A stretch of 44,208 nt of DNA from Candidatus Methylacidiphilales bacterium (GCA_041730515.1 JBGSBN010000001.1:1-44208), one strand, 5' to 3'; counted from the stretch's first letter, positions 1-9,152 are shown. Notes: generated by a model not told the origin, from the sequence alone. Program-made: numbers and translations.

Positions 1-1
1 A

Positions 2-1810
2 ATTATTCCAAGACAAAATGAAAGGCTCATTTCATTAACTGCATTTACATCGGTAGGTGCTAATTTTATTGGGTTTTTGGCTTTTGTTATCTATTGGCTT
101 TTTAATGGCTTTCCAGTACTAAACTTAAAAGAAATTCTTATTTACAAAACTACCAACTACGAATTTTTACTCGATTTTTATTTCGATAAAATTACTGTTG
201 TTTATCTTTTTGTAGGCTCGTTTCTTACCTTTTTAGTTACCATTTATAGCCGTTATTATTTGCACCGCGAACATGGTTATAAAAGGTTTTTCAATACCAT
301 TTTATTCTTCTACGTTGGTTACAGCATTACAGTGCTTTCAGGTAATTTCGAAACCTTATTTTTAGGTTGGGAAATTTTAGGTATATCATCGTTTTTACTC
401 ATTAGTTTTTACCGCGAAAGGTACTTGCCTGTAAAAAATGCCATTAAGGTATTTAGCATTTATAGAATTGGAGATGTAGGCATATTATTAGCCATGTGGA
501 TGAGTCATCATTTATGGCACGAAAACATTACTTTTTTAAAATTAAACAACTACGAATTAGTACATGAACATTTACAAAACCACAGTTGGATTGGTGTTTT
601 TATTTCGTTAATGATTTTGATTTCAGCAGCGGCTAAATCGGCACAGTTTCCATTTTCATCGTGGTTACCAAGAGCCATGGAAGGACCAACTCCATCAAGT
701 GCTATATTTTATGGTTCGATTTCGGTGCATATTGGGGTGTTTTTATTACTGCGTACATTTCCGTTTTGGGAGTACCAATATTCGGTTAGGATAATAATTG
801 GTTTATTAGGATTAATTACTGCCATTATGGGCTCTTTAACTGCAAGGGTTCAATCATCGGTTAAAAGCCAAGTAGCTTATGCATCGTTAGCGCAAATAGG
901 CTTAATTTTTATAGAAGTAGCTGCGGGTTTCGAAACATTAGCATTGATTCATTTTGCTGGAAATGCATTTTTAAGAACTTACCAATTATTGGTTTCACCA
1001 TCGGTGGTTAGTTACTTAATTCGTGAGCAATTTTACAACTTTACACCTCGTGTTCATTCTTCTAAATTTGCACTTCCAAAACGATTACAATACACCATTT
1101 ATATGCTTAGTTTAAAAGAATGGAACTTAGATTGGTTTGTATATCAATTTATTTGGATGCCTATAAAATTAGTAGGACGAAAAATGAAGTTTTTAAGTTT
1201 TAAAGCTGCATTGGTTTTATTTATTATAATACTTATTGGTGCCATAGCTGCTTTGCAAAACGAAGCATTAATTCCATCACAAGTTCATCGTTTCTTACCA
1301 GAAGTTATAGGATTATTTGGATTATTATTAGTAGCCAAATCGTTTGCCGAACGCCAAAGCGTGATGGTAAGTTGGACATTGGTATTAATGAACAATATAA
1401 TGATTGCATTAGCCATTTCATTTAACGAACATTTTGAGTACAGCCATATTATTTTGTATTTAAGTGGAGGCTTAATAGCTGGTGCACTTGGGTATTTTTG
1501 TTTTATTAAACTAAAACAATTAGAAAAGGAAATTGACCTCACACAATTTTATGGTCATTCGTATAAATATCCTCGATTAGCCTTTTTGTTTTTATTGGCT
1601 TGCTTAGGTTTATCTGGCTTTCCTATAACGCCAACATTTATTGGTGAAGATTTAATTTATACTCACATTCAAGAACATCAAGCACCGTTAGCACTCATTG
1701 TATCACTCAGTTTTATAATTGATGGATTAGCATTGATAAGGATTTACTCACGTTTGTTCTTAGGACCTCATGTTAAACGTTTCCATGATGTAGGGTTTAG
1801 GTCTTCTTAA
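2..1810 (+). CDS. NuoL/MrpA-like proton-conducting membrane subunit (PF00361-type), 5' end cut by window edge
   Basis: The frame of the 77..1810 ORF stays open back to nt 2 with no stop. The extra residues (ERLISLTAFTSVGANFIGF) read as a TM helix, so the true start lies upstream of the window. The protein is polytopic and carries ND5/NuoL-type core motifs (GWEILGISSFLLISFY; SAQFPFSSWLPRAMEGPTPSSAIFYGS; AYASLAQIG). Confidence 0.8.
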   Translation: MIPRQNERLISLTAFTSVGANFIGFLAFVIYWLFNGFPVLNLKEILIYKTTNYEFLLDFYFDKITVVYLFVGSFLTFLVTIYSRYYLHREHGYKRFFNTILFFYVGYSITVLSGNFETLFLGWEILGISSFLLISFYRERYLPVKNAIKVFSIYRIGDVGILLAMWMSHHLWHENITFLKLNNYELVHEHLQNHSWIGVFISLMILISAAAKSAQFPFSSWLPRAMEGPTPSSAIFYGSISVHIGVFLLLRTFPFWEYQYSVRIIIGLLGLITAIMGSLTARVQSSVKSQVAYASLAQIGLIFIEVAAGFETLALIHFAGNAFLRTYQLLVSPSVVSYLIREQFYNFTPRVHSSKFALPKRLQYTIYMLSLKEWNLDWFVYQFIWMPIKLVGRKMKFLSFKAALVLFIIILIGAIAALQNEALIPSQVHRFLPEVIGLFGLLLVAKSFAERQSVMVSWTLVLMNNIMIALAISFNEHFEYSHIILYLSGGLIAGALGYFCFIKLKQLEKEIDLTQFYGHSYKYPRLAFLFLLACLGLSGFPITPTFIGEDLIYTHIQEHQAPLALIVSLSFIIDGLALIRIYSRLFLGPHVKRFHDVGFRSS

Positions 1811-1811
1811 G

Positions 1812-1868
1812 GGCAACTGGCTTCTGGCAACTGGCAATAATCTATTGCCGTTAGGCTTTAGCCAACGG
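1812..1868. repeat. GC-rich direct repeat plus two hairpins (REP-like element)
   Basis: ggcaactgg occurs at 1812-1820 and 1826-1834. There is a hairpin ggcaata/tattgcc at 1833-1849 and an imperfect hairpin ccgttaggc/gccaacgg at 1848-1868. The element sits right after the stop codon at 1808-1810. Confidence 0.5.
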
Positions 1869-1936
1869 AAAATAAAACAAACAAACAATTCCGATTTATC
1901 GGATAACAATTTAACAATTCAAAAAAAATTCAAAAT

Positions 1937-3583
1937 ATGAAAAATATAAATTTATCAGTACCCAAAGATTTTATATCGGGTTTAAAACAAAATTGGAAAG
2001 CAGATTTACTTTCAGGTTTTATTGTTTCACTAATTGCATTGCCATTATGTTTAGGCATAGCTATGGCTAGTGGAGTTCCTCCAATGGCAGGTATTATAGC
2101 AGGCATAGTTGGCGGCATGTTTGTCTCCATGACCAGCGGTTCACATTTAACCATTAATGGCCCAGCAGCAGGCCTTGCCATTATTGTATTAATGAGCATG
2201 GAAGGCTTTAAAAAAATGGCTCCTATTGGCTTGTCGCCTGAGCAAGTAGAAATGTTTGCTTACCAATGTACTTTAGGTGTTGGAATTGGTTGCGGGTTAT
2301 TACAAATGGTTTTTGGTTTAGTTAAAGCAGGTGTGTTAAGCAACTTTTTTCCATCATCTGTAGTGCATGGAATGCTTGCTGCCATTGGTATCATGATTTT
2401 TGCAAAACAATTCCATACTGCAGTAGGTGTTAAACCCGAAGGCAAAGAAATGATGGAAATTATTGCAGCTATTCCTCATAGTTTTATGAACATGAACCCT
2501 GAAGTAGCAATAATAGCAGTGGTTAGTTTAGTTATTCTTATCGGCTTGCCAATGATTAAAAACAAATATGTAAAAATGCTTCCCGCGCCATTAATAGTAA
2601 TTTTAATTGCTATTCCTTTAGGCCATTATTTTGATTTAGAACATGAGCATAAATATTTATTTTTAAGCTCGCACGAATACACCTTAGGACCTAAATTTTT
2701 GGTAACATTACCTGCTAATTTTTTAGATGGAATTGTAATGCCTCGCTTTGATTATTTACTTACCAGTTTTGGTATTCAAATGATAATTACCTATTCATTG
2801 GTAGCAAGTTTAGAATCATTATTAACAGCTGCTGCTATTGATAAATTAGATCCATTTAAACGTGTATCTAATTTTAATAAAGAGTTATATGCTAAAGGCT
2901 CTGGAAACATGATTTCGAGTTTCCTTGGTGGATTACCAATTATAGCCGAAGTGGTGCGTAGTTCTGCCAATGTTACCAATGGAGCTAAAACACGTTGGGC
3001 TAACTTCTTTCATGGTACTTTCTTATTAATCTTTGTGGTGTTTTTAGGGCAAATTATCCATCAAATTCCTTTAGCAGCATTGGCAGCTATGCTGATGGTT
3101 ACAGGTTACAGATTGGCATCGCCTAAAGAATTTAGAAAAACCTATAAAGCTGGAAAAGAGCAGTTACTTATTTTTGTAGCAACAATTATATTTACCCTTG
3201 CAACCGATTTATTAATTGGAATTGCCGCAGGTATTGTAGTAAAAATAATTATTCACCTAGTAAATGGTGTACCTATAAAAAGTATTTTCAAACCATTTTT
3301 AACCATTATTTCCGAAGATGGTGAAAACTATTTAATTGATGTAGAACATTCGGCTATTTTTAGTAACTATATTGGTTTAAAAAAGCAATTAGACGCATTG
3401 CCAAGAGGCAAAAAAATTACCGTAGACTTTACCAAGGCAACTTTGGTTGACCATACTGTAATGGAACACATTCACGAAATGGAAGAAAAGTATAACCACG
3501 AAGGTGGTAATTTTAAAATAATTGGCTTAAGCTTGCATAAGCCATTTTCCAATCACCCACATGCCACCAGAAAAAAAGTTTAA
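1937..3583 (+). CDS. SulP family inorganic anion transporter with C-terminal STAS domain
   Basis: 548 aa with the typical SulP N-terminus (DLLSGFIVSLIALPLCLGIAMASGVPP) and many TM segments. The soluble C-terminal ~100 aa (ITVDFTKATLVDHTVMEHIHEM) is consistent with a STAS domain. Confidence 0.85.
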   Translation: MKNINLSVPKDFISGLKQNWKADLLSGFIVSLIALPLCLGIAMASGVPPMAGIIAGIVGGMFVSMTSGSHLTINGPAAGLAIIVLMSMEGFKKMAPIGLSPEQVEMFAYQCTLGVGIGCGLLQMVFGLVKAGVLSNFFPSSVVHGMLAAIGIMIFAKQFHTAVGVKPEGKEMMEIIAAIPHSFMNMNPEVAIIAVVSLVILIGLPMIKNKYVKMLPAPLIVILIAIPLGHYFDLEHEHKYLFLSSHEYTLGPKFLVTLPANFLDGIVMPRFDYLLTSFGIQMIITYSLVASLESLLTAAAIDKLDPFKRVSNFNKELYAKGSGNMISSFLGGLPIIAEVVRSSANVTNGAKTRWANFFHGTFLLIFVVFLGQIIHQIPLAALAAMLMVTGYRLASPKEFRKTYKAGKEQLLIFVATIIFTLATDLLIGIAAGIVVKIIIHLVNGVPIKSIFKPFLTIISEDGENYLIDVEHSAIFSNYIGLKKQLDALPRGKKITVDFTKATLVDHTVMEHIHEMEEKYNHEGGNFKIIGLSLHKPFSNHPHATRKKV

Positions 3584-3604
3584 CTATTTAATTTTATCAA
3601 TAGC

Positions 3605-4378
3605 ATGAAAAAGAATTCTATCATCGTTGTTTTTTGCCTTATAAATTCGCTTTTTTTATCAGCTCAAAACACCCGTATTAATAACTACAACAATATAGGT
3701 TGGTTGGCAAACACAGCCACCATTAAGTTTCATAAAAAATGGAGTGCACATTTGGAATACCAATGGCGCAGAGAAGATTTTGGCCTTAGTTGGCAGCAAA
3801 GTTTATTGCGAACAGGTATTAATTACCATATCAATCCAAGTGCTGTTTTTAGAGTTGGTTATGGCTTAATAGAAACCTATCCTTATGGCGAAATCCCAAT
3901 TAACTCAATGGGTAAAGCATTTACCGAACATAGAATGTACCAAGTACTAACACTTTCTAATAAAATTGGAAGGTTTGATTTAAGCCATAGATACATGCTT
4001 GAACAACGTTGGTTAGGAAGTTATACAAAGCCTGAATTAAACACCGAAGATAAATGGATTTATGTAAATCGTTTAAGATATATGGTAAGAGCGCAAGTGC
4101 CTTTAATTGGTAAAACTTTAGAAAATAAAGCGCCTTATGCAGCAGCATACGATGAAATATTTATTGGCTTTGGCGAAAATGTGAATCAAAATATTTTTGA
4201 TCAAAACAGGCTGGGACTTTTATTAGGTTACAAATTTAGCAACCAATTTAAATTAGAAGCAGGTTATTTTAACCAAATTGTTCAGCTAGGCAGGCAAGTA
4301 AATGGTAGAAATGTAATGCAGTTTAACGAAGGTTTTATTATCAATGCTTTTTATAACTTTGATTTAAGTAAAAAATAA
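3605..4378 (+). CDS. Secreted outer-membrane beta-barrel-like protein (DUF2490-like)
   Basis: Signal peptide MKKNSIIVVFCLINSLFLSAQ. The sequence is aromatic-rich with an alternating pattern and resembles the DUF2490 family as I recall it. The family assignment is not verified. Confidence 0.5.
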   Translation: MKKNSIIVVFCLINSLFLSAQNTRINNYNNIGWLANTATIKFHKKWSAHLEYQWRREDFGLSWQQSLLRTGINYHINPSAVFRVGYGLIETYPYGEIPINSMGKAFTEHRMYQVLTLSNKIGRFDLSHRYMLEQRWLGSYTKPELNTEDKWIYVNRLRYMVRAQVPLIGKTLENKAPYAAAYDEIFIGFGENVNQNIFDQNRLGLLLGYKFSNQFKLEAGYFNQIVQLGRQVNGRNVMQFNEGFIINAFYNFDLSKK

Positions 4379-4806
4379 ATACCATAATTTTAGTTATTTT
4401 ATGCATAAAAAAGTCATTACCCCGACAGGGTTTAAAAGTAATAACCTAAAAGAAAGCGATAGAAAAAGCACGAAAGTATTACCATTTCACATAGCCATTT
4501 AATAAAATAAAAAATACAAAGAGCTTGTTCTTTTAGACAATCTCTTAGTATTTTGTCAAATGGAACGATTATTAGTTGCAGAAATATTTTTTTTGTAATC
4601 ATACTTTAAATAACTCATTCAATAGTTATTGAACTTTATTGTAAATTATTCAAATATAAACAACATAGAACATAGAAAAATAGTTATAAGCTATGTATCT
4701 ATTGTCTATGTGGTTCAATTTTCTTTTTTATTGAAAAGTATCTAAATGTATTTTAGATAACCTCTTTTACCTTTAATAAGCCCGTTTTATTTCAGCAGAT
4801 TTCTAT

Positions 4807-4814
4807 TACGTTTG
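4807..4814 (+). promoter_or_regulatory. Bacteroidota sigma-A -7 motif TAnnTTTG (TAcgTTTG)
   Basis: Exact match to TAnnTTTG, 38 nt upstream of the ATG at 4852. Confidence 0.4.
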
Positions 4815-4851
4815 CACCATTGTAAATAAACCAAACCCACTTCATTATTCT

Positions 4852-6171
4852 ATGAAAAAAAGCTGCATCATCATTGTAATAACTTTTATAACCTTAATTT
4901 CATTAGCTCAAAACAAAAGCGATTCCAGGAAAAATTGGTTAAGTTTCCATTTTCAGCAAACTACAGTTTACCAAATGCAACCGGGTGTAAGTGGTAAATA
5001 CAGCAGTGATTTTAGTTTAAGTCCAAAAGAAGAAGACGCCATATCGTTAACCACTACTTTGTTTTTAGGAGCTAAATTATGGAAAGGTGCAGAGGTTTAC
5101 TTTAATCCTGAATTGGCAGGTGGTAGCGGCTTAAGTGCAGCCCGAGGAGTAGCTGGTTTTACCAATGGCGAAACTTTTAGAATTGGTAATCCTGCTCCGC
5201 AACCATACATTGCTAGGGCATTCATCACACAAAAGTTTGCCTTAAATAATAATAAAGTATGGCAAGCCGATGGTGCAAACAAAATTGGCACTTACCAACC
5301 AGAAAAATACATTTCAATTACCGCTGGAAAATTCAGCTTGGCCGATTATTTTGATAACAATAAATACTCGCACGACCCCCGTACACAGTTTTTAAACTGG
5401 AGCTTGATGAGCACCGGTGCTTGGGATTATGCTGCAAATACCCGTGGTTATACTGTTGGTTTAGTTTTACAATATGTGTCGCCCATTTGGAGTGTTAGGT
5501 ATGCGGCAGCTTTAGTACCTGAATATGCCAACGGACCTACATTAGAAACCAATTTTAGCCAATATAATTCGCAGGTTTTAGAAGTTGAAAAAACAATAAA
5601 AGTGAATAGCCGCAAAGGAAGTTTAAAGCTATTGGCATTTAATAATTTTGCCAATATGGGTAGTTACAAACAAGCCATAGCACCAAGCACCACTATGCTA
5701 ACACCCGATATAACCAAAACACGCAACAGTGCAAGAACCAAATATGGATTGAGTTTAAATTACGAGCAAGAATTAAATGATTATATTGGTTTATTTGGCA
5801 GAGTAAGTTGGAACGATGGCTTAAACGAAACATGGGCTTTTACCGAAATTGACCAAAGTGTAAGCTTTGGTTTTTCGGTAGATGGTGGCAAATGGAAACG
5901 CAATGACGATGTATGCGGAATTGCATTTGTAGCCAATGGTATTTCAACAGAGCATCAAAATTATTTAAAAGCAGGAGGCAAAGGTTTTATGATAGGTGAT
6001 GGCAATTTAAACTATGCGCCCGAAATGATTTTAGAACTATTTTACAATGCTTTGTTACACGAAGACCATTTTTGGCTAAGTCCAGATTACCAATTGGTAA
6101 TGAATCCAGCTTATAACTACGACAGAGGCCCTGCGCACGTATTTGCCATTAGGTTGCATGCCGAGTTTTAA
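4852..6171 (+). CDS. Carbohydrate-selective porin (OprB-like) outer-membrane protein
   Basis: Signal peptide ending SLAQ and a C-terminal Phe. Motifs recalled from Bacteroidota OprB-like porins are present: NPELAGGSGLS, TNGETFRIGNPAP, ADYFDNNKYSHDPRTQFLNW. Confidence 0.6.
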   Translation: MKKSCIIIVITFITLISLAQNKSDSRKNWLSFHFQQTTVYQMQPGVSGKYSSDFSLSPKEEDAISLTTTLFLGAKLWKGAEVYFNPELAGGSGLSAARGVAGFTNGETFRIGNPAPQPYIARAFITQKFALNNNKVWQADGANKIGTYQPEKYISITAGKFSLADYFDNNKYSHDPRTQFLNWSLMSTGAWDYAANTRGYTVGLVLQYVSPIWSVRYAAALVPEYANGPTLETNFSQYNSQVLEVEKTIKVNSRKGSLKLLAFNNFANMGSYKQAIAPSTTMLTPDITKTRNSARTKYGLSLNYEQELNDYIGLFGRVSWNDGLNETWAFTEIDQSVSFGFSVDGGKWKRNDDVCGIAFVANGISTEHQNYLKAGGKGFMIGDGNLNYAPEMILELFYNALLHEDHFWLSPDYQLVMNPAYNYDRGPAHVFAIRLHAEF

Positions 6172-6175
6172 TAAA

Positions 6176-6210
6176 ACGCCCAACATGAGTTATTTTGTTG
6201 GGTGTTTTTT
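6176..6210 (+). terminator. Rho-independent terminator after the porin gene
   Basis: 10-bp stem acgcccaaca/tgttgggtgt (one G-U pair) with a 10-nt loop, followed by TTTTT. Confidence 0.7.
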
Positions 6211-6369
6211 ATTGTTAAATACCGTTGCAAGAATTGGTATTAAGTAAAAATGCAAAATAATACCGCTTATAAATTGTTTTTAGTCTAATTTTGTAATAGG
6301 AGCGGTATTAACCATTGTAATTAGCGAAATAGTTTTGGTCTATTTCGTTAATACAATTGGTATAATATA

Positions 6370-6407
6370 AAAATAAAGTGTGCCACAGTGTTACACTTTA
6401 TTTTTTG
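6370..6407 (+). terminator. AT-rich hairpin with T-run (weak, possibly bidirectional terminator)
   Basis: 12-bp stem aaaataaagtgt/acactttatttt with an 11-nt loop, then TT. Only two G-C pairs, so it is a weak structure. Confidence 0.3.
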
Positions 6408-6656
6408 TAAAATTTAAAATTGAAGGTTCTTACTTTTTAGTTTCCATTTTAAAACTAAGGAGTTAATCGCTACTTTTTCAGGTTATTCATTTGGTTCGGT
6501 ATTGGATTTATTCCAATCTTTTTTACAACAAAAAATCAAAATGGAAATTGCGAAAATGGAAAATCAAAAAAATGGTACTGATAATCAGTTGATTATTTTA
6601 AAGGAATACCTTTTTAACTTAGTTATTTTTTCGTTTTTTTGCATTCCTTTAAAATT

Positions 6657-7646
6657 ATGACAAGCTTTACAAAAGAAACTTACATGCGTTGGTTTGAGCA
6701 AATGATGCTTATGCGCAGATTTGAAGAGAAAACAGCTCAATTATACGGGCAGCAAAAAATAAAAGGCTTTTGCCATTTATATATTGGACAAGAGGCAGTT
6801 GTGGCTGGCACTATGACCGCTTTAAACAGCGATGATAGAATCATTACTGCTTACCGCGATCATGCGCACGCTTTAGCTTGTGGTATTTCTGCTAATGCAG
6901 TAATGGCTGAGCTTTACGGTAAAGTTACTGGTTGTTCAAAAGGAAAAGGTGGTTCAATGCACATGTTTAGCAAAGAGCACAACTTTTTTGGTGGACATGG
7001 AATTGTTGGTGGTCAAATTCCGTTAGGAGCAGGAATTGCTTTTGCCGATATGTACCGTGGCGAAAAACAAGTAACAGTTTGTTACATGGGCGATGGAGCA
7101 GTTCGTCAAGGTGCTTTACATGAAGCTTTTAATATGGCTATGCTTTGGAAAATTCCTGTAATTTTTGTTTGTGAAAACAATGGATATGCTATGGGTACTT
7201 CGGTAGAACGTACTACCAACCAAATGGATATTTATAAAATTGGTTTAGCTTACGACATGCCTTGTAAAGAGGTAGATGGTATGCAAGCTGAAACAGTTCA
7301 TGAAGCAATTGCCGAAGCAGCTGATAGAGCAAGAAAAGGCGAAGGTCCAACATTCTTAGAAATTAGAACTTACCGTTACCGTGGTCATTCCATGAGCGAT
7401 CCGGCAAAATACAGAACCAAAGAAGAAGTGGAAGAGTATAAAATGCGCGATCCATTAGAAAGAGTTAGAAAATCAATTCTTGATAATAAATGGGCTACCG
7501 AAGCAGAACTAGAAGCTACTGAAGAAAAAATAATGCAAGAAGTTTTAGCCTCGGTAGAATTTAGCGAAAATTCACCGTATCCTGAAGGCGCTGCTTTGTG
7601 GGAGGATGTATATTCAGAACCAAACTATCCATTTATTACCGAATAA
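6657..7646 (+). CDS. pdhA: Pyruvate dehydrogenase E1 component, alpha subunit
   Basis: Motifs MRRFEEK...LYGQQKIKGFCHLYIGQEA, GKGGSMH, the TPP-binding GDGA...NNGYAMGT, and YRYRGHSMSDP. I prefer the ATG at 6657 (MTSFTKETY) over the TTG at 6639 used in the ORF track. Confidence 0.92.
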   Translation: MTSFTKETYMRWFEQMMLMRRFEEKTAQLYGQQKIKGFCHLYIGQEAVVAGTMTALNSDDRIITAYRDHAHALACGISANAVMAELYGKVTGCSKGKGGSMHMFSKEHNFFGGHGIVGGQIPLGAGIAFADMYRGEKQVTVCYMGDGAVRQGALHEAFNMAMLWKIPVIFVCENNGYAMGTSVERTTNQMDIYKIGLAYDMPCKEVDGMQAETVHEAIAEAADRARKGEGPTFLEIRTYRYRGHSMSDPAKYRTKEEVEEYKMRDPLERVRKSILDNKWATEAELEATEEKIMQEVLASVEFSENSPYPEGAALWEDVYSEPNYPFITE

Positions 7647-7690
7647 AATTTAGATTACACAATTAAAGAACTTATAAAAAACAAAAGGAA

Positions 7691-8386
7691 ATGTCAGAGA
7701 AACACAAAGAGTCGGGTTTAGATTTAGATGCAACCCTTATGGAAACTACCCATAAGGTAGAAGATTTTTACCATAAAAATAAAAAAAATATAATAACTGC
7801 TTTAGTTGTCATATTAGTAGCTGTGTTAGGCTATGTAGGATTTACCAAATTTTATTTAGAAGATAAAGAAAAAGCGGCACAAGTAGCTGTTTTCCCTGCG
7901 CAAGCATGGTTTGAGATTGATTCGTTTGATTTAGCTTTAAATGGAAAAGGCGACAAATTAGGTTTTTTAGCAATAGCTGACGAGTTTGGAATGACCAAAA
8001 CAGCTAACCTAGCGCATTACTATGCAGGTGTTTGCTACATGCAAAAAGGCGATTTTGCTAATGCAATTGCTCAATTAGAAGACTTTAGTACCGACAATAA
8101 ACTAGTTGGCCCATTAGCTATTGGTTTATTAGGAGATGCTTACAGCGAAACCAACGATTTTGATAAAGCAATTAAAAACTATACCAAAGCTGCAAACATG
8201 AGTAAAAATAAGCTAACTGCTCCTATATTTTTAAAGAAAGCAGGCCTTGTTTACGAAGAGCAAAAAGATTGGAGTAATGCATTAAGCATGTACGAAAAAA
8301 TTAAAAATGATTATTCAGATGCTAGCGAAGCAACAGATATTGACAAATACATTGCGCACGCACAAGCAGCTAAAGAGGCTAATTAA
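7691..8386 (+). CDS. Membrane-anchored tetratricopeptide-repeat protein (YfgM-like)
   Basis: One N-terminal TM segment (IITALVVILVAVLGYVGF) followed by TPR-like repeats (AHYYAGVCYMQKGDFANAI; LGDAYSETNDFDKAIKNY). Confidence 0.6.
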   Translation: MSEKHKESGLDLDATLMETTHKVEDFYHKNKKNIITALVVILVAVLGYVGFTKFYLEDKEKAAQVAVFPAQAWFEIDSFDLALNGKGDKLGFLAIADEFGMTKTANLAHYYAGVCYMQKGDFANAIAQLEDFSTDNKLVGPLAIGLLGDAYSETNDFDKAIKNYTKAANMSKNKLTAPIFLKKAGLVYEEQKDWSNALSMYEKIKNDYSDASEATDIDKYIAHAQAAKEAN

Positions 8387-8401
8387 ATAAAATTTAAACA
8401 C

Positions 8402-8437
8402 AAAAAAACCATCCGTTAATAATGGATGGTTTTTTTA
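8402..8437 (+). terminator. Rho-independent (bidirectional-type) terminator
   Basis: Stem accatcc/ggatggt, flanked by an A-run on the 5' side and a T-run on the 3' side. Confidence 0.7.
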
Positions 8438-8454
8438 TTTATACAAAATATAAA

Positions 8455-8949
8455 ATGGCAACTAAGTTAAAAAATTTATCAGATACCAATTTAAAAAGCA
8501 GCAAAGCATTTCATAAAACCAAAGTTAGCTTGGTGGTAGCTGAATGGAATAGCGAAATTACTTTTGCATTGCGCGATGGTGCAATTGAGTTTTTAACCCA
8601 AATGGGTGTAAAAGAAAAGAATATCCTAATAAGCTATGTACCGGGTGCTTACGAATTGGCCTTTGGCGCACAATTAGTGGCTTTAGGCAATAAAAGCGAT
8701 GCAATCATTACCATTGGTTGTATTATTAAAGGCGATACACCTCACTTTGATTTTATTAGCGATGCTTGCGCCAACGGAATTATGCAGGTTGGTTTAAGTT
8801 ACGGATTACCTGTAGTTTTTGGAGTGTTAACCACCAACGATTTAAAACAAGCCAAAGAAAGATGTGGAGGTAAACACGGAAATAAAGGAATAGAGGCAGC
8901 CGAAACAGCCTTAAAAATGATAGCATTACAAACCGAATTAACTAAATAG
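8455..8949 (+). CDS. ribH: 6,7-dimethyl-8-ribityllumazine synthase
   Basis: Motifs VPGAYELA, KGDTPHFDFI, PVVFGVLTT and KGIEAAETAL. The ORF-track start at 8422 lies inside the terminator hairpin, so I take the ATG at 8455 (MATKLKNL). Confidence 0.9.
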   Translation: MATKLKNLSDTNLKSSKAFHKTKVSLVVAEWNSEITFALRDGAIEFLTQMGVKEKNILISYVPGAYELAFGAQLVALGNKSDAIITIGCIIKGDTPHFDFISDACANGIMQVGLSYGLPVVFGVLTTNDLKQAKERCGGKHGNKGIEAAETALKMIALQTELTK

Positions 8950-8953
8950 TAAA

Positions 8954-9037
8954 ATGGGAACATTTTTTTTAGTATTAATATTTTCAATTGGAGTAGGAAT
9001 GATTTTTTTATTTAAAAAATATTCGAAAAAGGACTAA
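8954..9037 (+). CDS. Possible 27-aa small membrane protein
   Basis: ATG 5 nt after the ribH stop. It encodes MGTFFLVLIFSIGVGMIFLFKKYSKKD: one hydrophobic helix and a basic tail. No terminator separates it from ribH. There is no homology evidence. Confidence 0.3.
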   Translation: MGTFFLVLIFSIGVGMIFLFKKYSKKD

Positions 9038-9107
9038 TGAAAGAACAACGAATTATATAATCCATTGTAAAAGTGCCTTTGCAGGCATCCTTGCCTGCAA
9101 TATTACT

Positions 9108-9152
9108 AAAAGAAAAGCCATTGAGATAATTAATCTCAATGGCTTTTCTTTT
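9108..9152 (+). terminator. Strong hairpin terminator (20-bp perfect stem)
   Basis: aaaagaaaagccattgagat / atctcaatggcttttctttt with a 5-nt loop. The A/T runs are part of the stem, so it could act on either strand. Confidence 0.7.

Noticed and set aside
6541-6660. 39-aa ORF (MEIAKMENQKNG...) upstream of and overlapping the pdhA start, and the TTG start at 6639
   Set aside because: Low-complexity AT-rich sequence with no recognisable features, and it overlaps the much better supported pdhA ATG at 6657.
8422-8454. ORF-track start of ribH at 8422 (MDGFFIYTKYK...)
   Set aside because: These codons lie inside the terminator hairpin and T-run of the upstream gene (8402-8437). The conserved protein begins at the ATG at 8455.
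8387-8454. Possible FMN riboswitch ahead of ribH
   Set aside because: Only about 68 nt are available and they are occupied by a terminator hairpin. No FMN-element-like conserved core is visible.
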